Under the pieces are notes generated by a model. The model made no database searches. It was not told where the DNA came from and was given only the letters and a program-made list of their open reading frames with translations. Source: Deltaproteobacteria bacterium (GTDB taxonomy: Bacteria; Myxococcota_A; UBA9160; SMWR01). Taken from it: a DNA stretch of 64,000 nucleotides. Where the stretch lies: positions 128,001 through 192,000 of the forward strand of contig JAQBHB010000041.1 in assembly GCA_032128115.1 (NCBI GenBank). Reading direction: 5' to 3'. Shown here in pieces: positions 38,980 through 47,938 of the stretch; the stretch's first letter is position 1, and each line of letters begins with the position of its first letter. A program made the translations under genes and the position numbers.

Positions 38980-40215
38980 TCAGACGCACCCGGCGAAGCG
39001 GCCCGGGCTCAAGACGCCGCCCGGGTCGAAACGCTGCTTCAGGCTGCGCGCGAGGCGCCGGTTGGCCTCCCCCGCGCCGAACACATCGCGCCCCCGCTTG
39101 GCCCACGCCGGCGCCGACTCGCAAAGAAACCCACCCCCGGCCCGGCCCGCCACCCGCGCGGCCCGCTGGAAGACGGCGTGGAGTTCGTCCTCGTCACCGC
39201 TTTCCACGGAAAGCTCCGCGTACAACAGACCCAGTCCCGGGTATGCCACCACCCGGTCGCTCGACGAGCAGAGCGCCTCCCAGGTGTCGGCGAAGCGCGT
39301 GGGCAGGGCATCGATCCGGAAGCGCAGCCCGCCGGTCTCCGGGGACGCGAACGCAGCCGCACGCTCGACAGCGTCCGGCGCGGCAGGGCGGGCCCCGACC
39401 TGGGCTTCGAGCCATGCCGCGTCGCGCGCAACGCTTGCGGCATCGCCGGCGAGTTCCAGCACCAGGCGCGTCGCGCCCGAAGCCGCGACGAGGACTGCCG
39501 CGCGCACGCTGAATCGCCGGGCCGCCGCCATGCAGCGCTCGGCCAGACCCGGTAGCTCCGGATCCAGCGCCTCGACCACCCGGATCTCCTCGGGGCGGGG
39601 CCGAAGCCGCAGCCACGCGGACTCGATCACACACAGGGTCCCGAACGATCCCGTATAGAGCTTGTTCAGGTCGTAACCGGTCACGTTCTTCACCACGCGC
39701 CCGCCGCAACGCGTTCGCTCACCGGAGGCGAGCACCACCTGAAGGCCAAGCACCAGGTCGCGGGGGCGCCCGAAGCCCAATGCCCGAGGACCCACGGCCG
39801 CCGCGGCGAGCACGCCGCCCACCGTGGCCCCTGCTCCCGACGCGTCCAGGGGAAGCTCCCACCCGCCCGGGAGCACGCGCTCGCGCACCTGGGCCAGCGT
39901 CGTGCCGGCGTGCACCTGGCACACCCCATCGTCGGGATCGAACTCGGAAACGCCCGACAGACGCTCGGTGGAGAGCCACACCAGGTCTTCGCGGTCCGGC
40001 AGGTTGCCAACACCCACGCGATTGCCTCCTCCCAGCACCACCGCCGAGAGTCCGACGGCGCCCAGGCTCATGAGGCTGCGCGCGAGCGACTCGCCGTCGG
40101 ATGGGCGCAGTGTCACGTCGATGTCCACCCCGTCGAGCCTGCGGGGCGCGTGCTCCGAGATCGCGTCGACGCCCACTGCCGCCGCCAGCTTCGATCGCAG
40201 CTCTGCGGGAATCAT
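38980..40215 (-). CDS. glcE: Glycolate oxidase FAD-binding subunit
   Basis: ATVGG, GGRVVKNVTGYDL.KL..GSFGTL, FDP.G.L.PGR. Confidence 0.88.
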   Translation of the reverse strand: MIPAELRSKLAAAVGVDAISEHAPRRLDGVDIDVTLRPSDGESLARSLMSLGAVGLSAVVLGGGNRVGVGNLPDREDLVWLSTERLSGVSEFDPDDGVCQVHAGTTLAQVRERVLPGGWELPLDASGAGATVGGVLAAAAVGPRALGFGRPRDLVLGLQVVLASGERTRCGGRVVKNVTGYDLNKLYTGSFGTLCVIESAWLRLRPRPEEIRVVEALDPELPGLAERCMAAARRFSVRAAVLVAASGATRLVLELAGDAASVARDAAWLEAQVGARPAAPDAVERAAAFASPETGGLRFRIDALPTRFADTWEALCSSSDRVVAYPGLGLLYAELSVESGDEDELHAVFQRAARVAGRAGGGFLCESAPAWAKRGRDVFGAGEANRRLARSLKQRFDPGGVLSPGRFAGCV

Positions 40216-41651
40216 GCGTCCAGCGGAACGCGATCGTAGCCGCGCGCCTTGGGATTGGCCTCGACGCAGAAACGCGTGGAGGGGAAGATCTTGCCGGGGT
40301 TGCACACGCAATCCGGATCGAAGCTGGCGCGCAGCCTCCGCATGGCATCCAGATCGCCCTCGCTGAAGAGAAGCGACATGAAGTCGCGCTTCTCGCTGCC
40401 AATGCCGTGTTCGCCGCTGATGACGCCGCCGGCTTCCACGCAGGTCTCGAGGATCTCGCTACCGGCTGCCATCACACGTGCGAGCTCGTCGGAATCGCGT
40501 CGGTCGAACGAGATGTTGGGATGCAGGTTCCCGTCGCCGGCGTGGAAGACGTTGGAGAGTTTGAGCCCGTAGCGATCGCCGATGGCGCAGATCTTTTCCA
40601 GCACCTCGGGCAGGCGCGACCGGGGAACCACCGCGTCGTGAACGTAGAGGTCCGGAGCCAGTCGCCCCATGGCCCCGAAGGCGCCCTTGCGTGCTCGCCA
40701 GAAGCGCTGGCGCTCCGCGTCGTCGCGAGCCACCGCAACGCGGGTAGCACCATTTGCGCCGGCGATCTCGCGCACGCGCTCTACCTGGGGCGGGAGCGAA
40801 TGCCGTGGCCCGTCGAGCTCGACGATGAGCACGGCGCCGGCATCCGTGGGAAGACCCGCGGCGTAGACACTGGCTTCCACGGCGGCGATGGTGCGCTTGT
40901 CCACGATCTCGAGCGCCGCCGGAACCAGCCCGTCGCCGATGATGCACCCCACCGTTCGACAGGCGGTCACCACATCGGGAAAGATCACCAGCAGGGTCTC
41001 CACCGATTCGGGGATCTCCTCGAGCCGCACGCTGGCCTTCGTGACCACGCCCAGGGTGCCTTCGGATCCCACCACGGCTCCCACCAGGTCGTATCCAGCA
41101 GACCAGCCGGTGTCGGAGCCCAGGGTCACCAGCTCTCCGTCGGGAAGCACCAGATCCAGTGCCAGCACGTGGTTGGTGGTGGTTCCGTACTTCAGGGTGT
41201 GAGGCCCACCCGCGTTCTCGGCGATGTTGCCGCCGATGGTGCAGGCGAACTGACTCGAGGGATCCGGCGCATAGAAGAGACCGTGGCCGACCACCGCTCT
41301 TGAAATATCGGCGTTTATCACGCCCGGCTCCACAACGGCGCAGCGATCTTCCGGGCTCACGTGGAGAATGCGGTTCATCCGCGAGCACTCGATCACGACC
41401 GAGCCCTCGTTGGCCACGGCTCCGCCCGAGAGGCCGGTTCCGGCCCCGCGCGGCACGAAGCTGGCGCCGTGCTCCCGGCAGGCCTTCACGATGGCAACCA
41501 CGTGATCGGCGCAGCTGGGAAAAACCACCACCCCGGGCGTGCCCGTATGCAAGGTGAGCCCGTCGCACTCGTAGACGAGCAACTCCTCCGGACGTCGCAG
41601 GCAGGCCTGCTCCCCGACGACGGACACCAATGCGTCGATGAGCGTGGACAT
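40212..41651 (-). CDS. glcD: Glycolate oxidase subunit (FAD-linked)
   Basis: YECDGL, PRGAGTGLSGG, APDPSSQ..CTIGGN, HAGDGNLHP, GEHGIG.EK. Confidence 0.92.
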   Translation of the reverse strand: MSTLIDALVSVVGEQACLRRPEELLVYECDGLTLHTGTPGVVVFPSCADHVVAIVKACREHGASFVPRGAGTGLSGGAVANEGSVVIECSRMNRILHVSPEDRCAVVEPGVINADISRAVVGHGLFYAPDPSSQFACTIGGNIAENAGGPHTLKYGTTTNHVLALDLVLPDGELVTLGSDTGWSAGYDLVGAVVGSEGTLGVVTKASVRLEEIPESVETLLVIFPDVVTACRTVGCIIGDGLVPAALEIVDKRTIAAVEASVYAAGLPTDAGAVLIVELDGPRHSLPPQVERVREIAGANGATRVAVARDDAERQRFWRARKGAFGAMGRLAPDLYVHDAVVPRSRLPEVLEKICAIGDRYGLKLSNVFHAGDGNLHPNISFDRRDSDELARVMAAGSEILETCVEAGGVISGEHGIGSEKRDFMSLLFSEGDLDAMRRLRASFDPDCVCNPGKIFPSTRFCVEANPKARGYDRVPLDA

Positions 41652-41710
41652 GACCGGGGAATTGTATTTCTTTGGCGCGGGCCGCGCCGGAGGGCGCCCG
41701 GCGCCGGGGT

Positions 41711-42748
41711 TCATGCGAGACCCAGGCGCTCCAGGTCTTCTTCGCTCAGGCCCAGGTGGTGCCCGACCTCGTGTCGCACGGTGATCTGGATCTGCTCGAT
41801 CAGGTCGTCGCGGTCGCGACAGACCTTCTCCAGGTTGCGCTTGAACAGGACGACGCGGGTCAGCTCGGTGGGCTGGCTGGTGACCTCGGCCTCGGTCCGC
41901 GGAACACCGTAGTAGAGGCCCAGGATCTGCGGCGAGATGTTCTCCCGACCCAGGAGATCCTCGGACGGGTAGTCCTCGATCAGTATGGGAACGTCGGAAA
42001 CGTACTCGCGGATCGAGCGCGGCAGATTCTCGAGCGCCTCGTCCGCCGCGCGACGGAACATGGCCTCGTCCACTTCGGAGGGCAGCGGATACTGCTCCGG
42101 ATCGAGGGAGTTGGCGCGACCGAAGGCGCGCTGGGACTCGTCGGCCTCGTCCAGCCGCTCGAGCACCAGACCCAGGTAATAGGCGGCGTGAGCCGATTCG
42201 GCATCCAGGCGAACGGCCATATCGAGACAGCGACGCGCCTCCTCGAAGCGACCCAGCTCGAAGAGGATCTGACCCTCGAAGGCCCGATAGAAGCCCTGGT
42301 CACCCGCGGTCTTGAGGGCGCGACGCACCAGAAACAGGGCGCCGTCCAGGTCGTCCATGTAGAACACGGCCTTGGCCTTGAGATAGTGGACCTCGGCCTC
42401 GGTACCGCGGTCCAGGCGCGGGAATCCGGGGCTGCCGGACATCAGCTCGTCGCAGAGCTGCACGGCCTGTTCCAGCTCGGCCATGTCTTCGACAAGCAGC
42501 TCGATGCGGTTCAGGTGGGCCGGAACGAATTTGACATCGGCCTGCAGCGAGCGCTCGAACTCGTGCAACGCTTCGTCGAGTCGCGAGCTCTCCGAGAGAA
42601 TCTCGCCGCGCTGGTTGTAGGCTTCCGCGCCATCCGGGACGGCGAGGATCGCTTCATCGAGCCAGGCGAGCGCCTCATCGGTGCGCCCGCTGTGGGAAGC
42701 GTCCATGGCCTGGTCCAGACAGTCCCAGTAGCGGTCTTTGTCTTTCAT
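41711..42748 (-). CDS. TPR-repeat protein with C-terminal Zincin_1 metallopeptidase domain
   Basis: N-terminal TPRs; LGLY.G.P...I..TV.HEVGHHLG..E..L. Confidence 0.85.
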   Translation of the reverse strand: MKDKDRYWDCLDQAMDASHSGRTDEALAWLDEAILAVPDGAEAYNQRGEILSESSRLDEALHEFERSLQADVKFVPAHLNRIELLVEDMAELEQAVQLCDELMSGSPGFPRLDRGTEAEVHYLKAKAVFYMDDLDGALFLVRRALKTAGDQGFYRAFEGQILFELGRFEEARRCLDMAVRLDAESAHAAYYLGLVLERLDEADESQRAFGRANSLDPEQYPLPSEVDEAMFRRAADEALENLPRSIREYVSDVPILIEDYPSEDLLGRENISPQILGLYYGVPRTEAEVTSQPTELTRVVLFKRNLEKVCRDRDDLIEQIQITVRHEVGHHLGLSEEDLERLGLA

Positions 42749-42975
42749 CTTTCCGTCGCTGGAAGGGGGGGGCAGACCCCAGCCGGTTGAACGCTCAGAA
42801 TAGCAGACACGGCCACTCGACCTCGCTTCGGGTCCCCGTCGGGACCAGTTGGCAAGTGGCTGGCTTCATTGACGTTTTTCCAATCTTTTCGAAACCCGGA
42901 TGAGCCGTTCCGCAGACCGCAGCAGAGACTCCAAACCGCTGTTTTGACGGTCTTTTCGACCGTCTCGGACCCGGC

Positions 42976-43713
42976 TCAGGAGGCAGCGCTGGCCTCGGAA
43001 CTGGGCTCTTCCCGGGGCTGATGGATCAGGATCCGGGTGCAGTTGCCACAGGTGATGATCTCCTCGCCCCTCAGGATCTCGATGTAGCGCTGCGGCGGGA
43101 TGTTGACCCGGCAGCCCTGACAGAGCTCACCCGAGACCATCGCGATGGCCGGGCTCCGCCGCCTGGCGATGCGGGTGTACTGGGTGAGCAGGGGGGCAGC
43201 CACGCCTCCGGCCACGCCTTCACGCTGGGAGCGCAGGGCCGCGAGCTCCGTCCGCAGCTCCTGTTCGCGGGCGTCGAGGGCCTTGGCCTCGTCGTCCAGG
43301 CGACTCCCGACCACGAAGGCCTCGGATTCGGCCTCGGCCTGGCCGATGCCGGCTTCCTCGATCGTCTCCATGCACTCGAGAATGGCAGTCTCGCAGTCCG
43401 AGATGCTCTGCTTGGCGCGCTCCATTTCGTGGAGCAGCGCCGTGTAGGCTTCGTTGGTCTTGACCTGGAATTGTTGGCCTTCCAGTCGCTGCAACACGGC
43501 CTGCTGATCGGCGAGCTGGGCCTCGACGCGACGCTGCTCGGCCTCGGCGGCCCGTACGGCCTCGCTGGCTGCCTCCACGCGTTGGTCGCACTCGGCCCGC
43601 TGCTGCGCCCGGGCTTCGCGCTGACCGGGCATGGCGGCCTGCTCGTCTTCCATGTGCGCGAGTTGATCGTCGAGGCCTTGCAGCTCGACCAGCTTGTCCA
43701 GATCCTTGACCAT
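42976..43713 (-). CDS. Coiled-coil C4 zinc-ribbon protein (CT398/DUF164-like)
   Basis: L..LQ..D start, long coiled coil, CQGC...CGNC.RIL. Confidence 0.9.
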   Translation of the reverse strand: MVKDLDKLVELQGLDDQLAHMEDEQAAMPGQREARAQQRAECDQRVEAASEAVRAAEAEQRRVEAQLADQQAVLQRLEGQQFQVKTNEAYTALLHEMERAKQSISDCETAILECMETIEEAGIGQAEAESEAFVVGSRLDDEAKALDAREQELRTELAALRSQREGVAGGVAAPLLTQYTRIARRRSPAIAMVSGELCQGCRVNIPPQRYIEILRGEEIITCGNCTRILIHQPREEPSSEASAAS

Positions 43714-43756
43714 TCCCCCGGGAGTCTACTACCGATTGCCGGCCGCGGGGGCCGAT

Positions 43757-45196
43757 TCAATCCAGGTAGCCCAGGTTCCGGAGCCTCTCCCGGTCCTCCT
43801 CCGAGATTTCGCGTCCTGCGCTCAGCTCCTCCGGGTCCTGGCGCGCCATCCAGGCCGCCAGATGGGCCTTGAGCACGGCCACCTCGGGCCGGTCGGCGGC
43901 GTAGAGGTTGATCTTCTCCTCGGGGTCCTCGCTCACCTGGAAGAGATCCCACGCCAGGGAATCCACCTGGAAGGGCGTGAAGATCAGCTTCCAGTCGCCC
44001 AGCAGCACGGCCCGGAAGCGCCCGGCCGTATCGTTCCGAACCCGGCGCCTGACCGCCTCGGGAAAGTACGAATGGCCGCTCTCGATGAAGACAGGCTCGG
44101 AATCGAGAGCCTCGCCTCGCATGCATGCCACCAGCGAGCGACCCTCGAGCTGCTCCCGGGCCTCGGGCGGTAGCTCGCGCCCCAGGAGTTCGACGAGTGT
44201 GGGCACCACATCCACCAGCGAGACCCAGCCACCGCAGCGGCCCGACCCGGATTGCGGATGCGATTCCGGGAGCACCACCGCCAGGGGAACCCGGGATTCG
44301 GCGTTGTACACGTAGTCGCCGTGGTCGAAGTAGAAGTGGTGCTCGCCCAGGCTCTCGCCGTGGTCCGCCGTGAAGATCACGATGAGATCTCCCCCCGTGT
44401 GGTCGCGGAAGCCGCCCACCAGGCGCTCGATCTCCGGATCCATGCTGGCCACGTCGGCGGCGTACAAGCGGCGCACGTGCTCGTTGACGGAATCCGGCAG
44501 GTCATTCTCGTGAGTCACCTGGCGCTTGGAGAGCTCGCGGGGATATGCGTGTCGCGGCGGCGACATTTCGCCGAACTGGAAGCGGTAGGGGCCGCGGTAA
44601 TCGGGATCGAACTCGGCGGCGATGGCCGGGTCCGGGTGGTAGGGCACGTGGGGATCGATGTAGTGCACCCACGCGAACAGCGGATAGGCGGGATCGAAGC
44701 GCCGCAGCTGGCGCAGCGCCGCGTTCGTGGTGGCCCGCGCGTCGCGTGCGTCGGGGGCCATGTCGTAGACCTCGAAGCCCCGGTCCAGGCGGCGGCTGCG
44801 GGGCAGCACGTGATTGCTCACCACCGCCATCGTGCCGTAGTCCCACCCGCCCAGGATCTCCGCCAGCGGGATGACGTCGTCTGACAGGGAGTCGGTGAGG
44901 GTTCGCACCCGCGTCGTGTGGGGGTAAGCGCCGGTCAGCAGCGAGGCCAGCGCAGGAGTCGTGCGCGGTACGGGAGACACCGCCTGCTGGAAGTAGAACC
45001 CCTGCGCCAGCAGCGAGTCCACGAAGGGCGTGGTGGGGCGGTCGTAGCCGCTGGCGCTCAAGTAGTCCGGGCGCAAGGTGTCGACGGAGACCAGCAGCAC
45101 GCTGAGATCGAGGGGGTCGGGTCGGGCACAGGCCAGGAGGAGCGTCGAGACAACGACCCCCGGCACCGCGTACCCGCATCGGATCTGCCATCCCAT
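43757..45196 (-). CDS. Sulfatase/alkaline-phosphatase-superfamily lipoprotein
   Basis: LLAC lipobox, DTLR, SLLTG, HY.DPH.PY, TADHGE, C-terminal LR.LGY. Confidence 0.88.
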   Translation of the reverse strand: MGWQIRCGYAVPGVVVSTLLLACARPDPLDLSVLLVSVDTLRPDYLSASGYDRPTTPFVDSLLAQGFYFQQAVSPVPRTTPALASLLTGAYPHTTRVRTLTDSLSDDVIPLAEILGGWDYGTMAVVSNHVLPRSRRLDRGFEVYDMAPDARDARATTNAALRQLRRFDPAYPLFAWVHYIDPHVPYHPDPAIAAEFDPDYRGPYRFQFGEMSPPRHAYPRELSKRQVTHENDLPDSVNEHVRRLYAADVASMDPEIERLVGGFRDHTGGDLIVIFTADHGESLGEHHFYFDHGDYVYNAESRVPLAVVLPESHPQSGSGRCGGWVSLVDVVPTLVELLGRELPPEAREQLEGRSLVACMRGEALDSEPVFIESGHSYFPEAVRRRVRNDTAGRFRAVLLGDWKLIFTPFQVDSLAWDLFQVSEDPEEKINLYAADRPEVAVLKAHLAAWMARQDPEELSAGREISEEDRERLRNLGYLD

Positions 45197-45268
45197 GGAG
45201 GATCCAGACTAGTTCACCGGGCTGCACACGGCTTCGCCTCTCGGGGCGGGTCCCCCTATGTTGTGGCC

Positions 45269-46597
45269 ATGACCCCGAAGTCGCGGGCCGTGGCCACGCA
45301 ACTGGGCGTGGCCGGCCTCTTGCTGGCTGTCTACCTCTTCTCCTCGTTCGAACTCTCCGGCAGCGCCCGAATCCTCGAGCTCAACAGCGCGATCTTCGAC
45401 ATCGACGCGGGGCGGGTGGTGGGAGACTGGACCGGCAACGGGCCTGGCCGCCGCACCCACGTGCACCCGCTGGCCAAACTCGCCCTGGCTCCCCTGGGAA
45501 CGGGGTTGCGCTTCTCGCTCGGCCTGGGCGACCTGGGAGCCGCGCGCTGGCTCACGGCCCTTGCCATGACCCTGAACGCCCTGTTGGTGGGACGCCTCGC
45601 CGTGCAACTGACCGGCGGGGAGCGAACTCCCGGCTGGGTGGCCGCGATCGTGTGCGGCGTGTCCTTCTCCTCGGTGCTGCTGGCAAGTGTTCCGGACACG
45701 GCCTCCGTCTCGGGCCTGGCCAGCGTGGTGCCCCTGCTCTACCTGAATCGTCGCTGGGGCAGAACGTTCGGCCGAGGCGAGGTGCTGGCCTGGGGCGCCA
45801 TCGGCGTGCTGTGCATCGCCTTCACCATCACCCAGGCGATGCACTGGGGCATTGCATTGGCGGTGCGCGCGCTTTCGCCGGCGCGTCCCCCCGGTACCGG
45901 CAATGCGCGGCTGGCGGGGCGGTTCGCAGCTGCCGCCGCCGTGTGCGCCCTCGTGACCCTGGGCGCGGTGGAGCTGCAGCAGGCGCTGTATCCCGGAACG
46001 GGGCGCTTCTACGCCCGCAAGTCGCCCGATCGCGAGCTTCGGAGCTTCGGCCGCTTCGACAGCATCACGGCAACCCCCCTGCTCCACGCCACGCGCCTGG
46101 CCAATCACTTCGCCGGCGTGAACTTCGTGGCGCCCTTCCCGGGCTACTCGGACTTCGTCATGCGGCGCTGGCACCAGGGCTACTGGTCCCTCTCCCTGGA
46201 ACAGGCGCGACCCGGGAGCTGGCACCCGGCGCAATGGGGGCTCTTCGCGGTGTGGCTTCTGGTGCTGCTGCCCACCGGCCTGTGGTTCGCGCGATTCGAT
46301 CGGCGCTTCCTGGCGCCACTGCTCTGCATCGCGAGCCAGTTCGCCCTGCACTTCTTCTACGGGCGCGAGTACATCCTCTACTCGCCCAATTGGCACGGCG
46401 TGGTCACGGCAGTGCTGGTGGCGGCGGCATGGAACGGACTCGGCCCGCGGCGCAGCTGGCTGCCTGCGGCGGCCGCGGCCTTCTCGCTGGCGCTCGCCAT
46501 CAACAGCCTGGCGGTGATGAACCGGGTGTATCGCGAGGTAGAGGGCGGAATGGAGCAGATCCACCGCGACCCCGACGGCCGACTGCGGAATCGCTAG
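45269..46597 (+). CDS. Multi-pass membrane protein (possible GT-C fold)
   Basis: About 10 hydrophobic segments, HPL motif, F.LH..YG.E..LYS; divergent from the sulfatase. Confidence 0.7.
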   Translation: MTPKSRAVATQLGVAGLLLAVYLFSSFELSGSARILELNSAIFDIDAGRVVGDWTGNGPGRRTHVHPLAKLALAPLGTGLRFSLGLGDLGAARWLTALAMTLNALLVGRLAVQLTGGERTPGWVAAIVCGVSFSSVLLASVPDTASVSGLASVVPLLYLNRRWGRTFGRGEVLAWGAIGVLCIAFTITQAMHWGIALAVRALSPARPPGTGNARLAGRFAAAAAVCALVTLGAVELQQALYPGTGRFYARKSPDRELRSFGRFDSITATPLLHATRLANHFAGVNFVAPFPGYSDFVMRRWHQGYWSLSLEQARPGSWHPAQWGLFAVWLLVLLPTGLWFARFDRRFLAPLLCIASQFALHFFYGREYILYSPNWHGVVTAVLVAAAWNGLGPRRSWLPAAAAAFSLALAINSLAVMNRVYREVEGGMEQIHRDPDGRLRNR

Positions 46598-46668
46598 AGC
46601 TTCCGCCTAAAGCGAACTCGGAGCGATGCCCGACCAGTCGCTGGGCTCCCGGGGCGCCGAGGCCCGCT

Positions 46669-46927
46669 CTACGTCCACGAGGATTCGCCGGTGCGCGCAA
46701 CGTCTGGAAAGGGCTGGGTGAACGGGAAGCCGTACACCTCGCGCGCCACCGCGAATTTGTTGCTGCAATCCTGTGTCGCCGACGAGTACCTGCTCTTCGA
46801 TCCGATCCCGGTCATGAAGCCCTGGGCAAAGATCGGGTGCAGCACGCAGAAGCCCGCGGCCGTGCCCACGTACTTCCAGGCCGCACGGGGCCTCGCAGAT
46901 CCGGCAGAAAGTGTGGTGGGTTTCCAC
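46669..46927 (-). pseudogene. Remnant of a molybdopterin-dependent oxidoreductase
   Basis: VETHHTFCRICEAPCGLEV (4Fe-4S N-terminus) joined out of frame to YVGTAAG...GSKSRYSSATQDC.NKFAV...YG...QPFPDVART, then stop. Confidence 0.8.
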
Positions 46928-47074
46928 CCCTGGCCCTCTCGGTGCGGGGAACTCCAGCACCCGGTCTCCACCACACCGGATGATTGGCTGGCCCGAGGGA
47001 CGCTTCCGGTCGGCGGCAGTGCTTGTGAGACCGCGCCAGGCATACGATCATCCAGGGCTGCGAAGGGGGGACGC

Positions 47075-47923
47075 ATGCACGAACCGCGATGCACGGCGAT
47101 GGTCATGGGTAACCGAGCGGGTGTGATCGAGTGGGCCAACGAAGGTTGGGGACACCTGGTGGGGCTTCCGGCGCACGCAACCCTCGGGAAACCCCTGGGC
47201 TCGCTGCTTCAACGCTACGCCGTCTCGCCCGCGGCGGTGGACTGGGTGAGTCGCCGCTTCCTGGCGGGTGAAACCTGCGAAATCGAGCTGACCATGCGTC
47301 CGCCGGACTCGCGCGGCGAACGTTGGCTTCACGTGCGGGTCGAGCCGCTTCGCGACGACGCGGGAGAGGTGACCCACTTCATCGCGTACGCCGATGACAT
47401 CAGCGAGCTTTCGCACCCGGAGCCTGGATCCGTCGAGGAGTGCGATCTGTCGGAAGTGGTCCGCAGGGTGGCCGTGCCCCTGGCACGGGAGCTGGGAGAT
47501 CTCACCCGATTTGATCCGGAACTGGCGCGCGATCTGCCCCCCGCCTACGCGGATCGGTTTCGCGTGGGCGCCCTGGTGCAGCACCTGATCCGCTGCGCCA
47601 TCCACGCCATCGGGTCGGAGTGGGGCACCATCAGTCTCACCACCGGGCTGCTGGGCCTCGAGCCCGAGCCCATCTCCCCGGGCAACCCGGCGGTCGGTCT
47701 CCCGCTTGGCCCCTACCTGTTCGTGGAGGTCCACGACACGGGCCTCACTGACTGGGGAGAGGCGCGCTCGCGGATCAGCGGTCCCTTTCTTCCCGCGATC
47801 CATCCGCCCCGGGGCCAGCGCTTCCCGAACGCGATCCAACTGGCCTCCGACCTCGGCGGCCGCGTCGACCTGGTGCACGACGGCGGGCCCGGCACCGGCG
47901 TGGTGCTGGTGCTGCCGGCGTAG
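47075..47923 (+). CDS. PAS-PAC protein with degenerate HATPase-like domain
   Basis: IEWAN..W..LVG....LGK, W..V.VEP.RD..G.VTHFIA...DIS; then EVHDTG and G.GT but no His-box. Confidence 0.7.
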   Translation: MHEPRCTAMVMGNRAGVIEWANEGWGHLVGLPAHATLGKPLGSLLQRYAVSPAAVDWVSRRFLAGETCEIELTMRPPDSRGERWLHVRVEPLRDDAGEVTHFIAYADDISELSHPEPGSVEECDLSEVVRRVAVPLARELGDLTRFDPELARDLPPAYADRFRVGALVQHLIRCAIHAIGSEWGTISLTTGLLGLEPEPISPGNPAVGLPLGPYLFVEVHDTGLTDWGEARSRISGPFLPAIHPPRGQRFPNAIQLASDLGGRVDLVHDGGPGTGVVLVLPA

Positions 47924-47938
47924 CGGGAGACCTGCCGC

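Noticed and set aside
42749..42975. RNase P RNA (rnpB), often found after the C4 zinc-ribbon gene
   Set aside because: Too short and lacks the GAGGAAAGTCC and AACCCGGCTTA-type signatures
46691..47074. N-terminal 128 aa of the 410-aa ORF 46691-47923
   Set aside because: It is the antisense of the oxidoreductase pseudogene; the PAS protein more plausibly starts at ATG 47075 after AAGGGGGG
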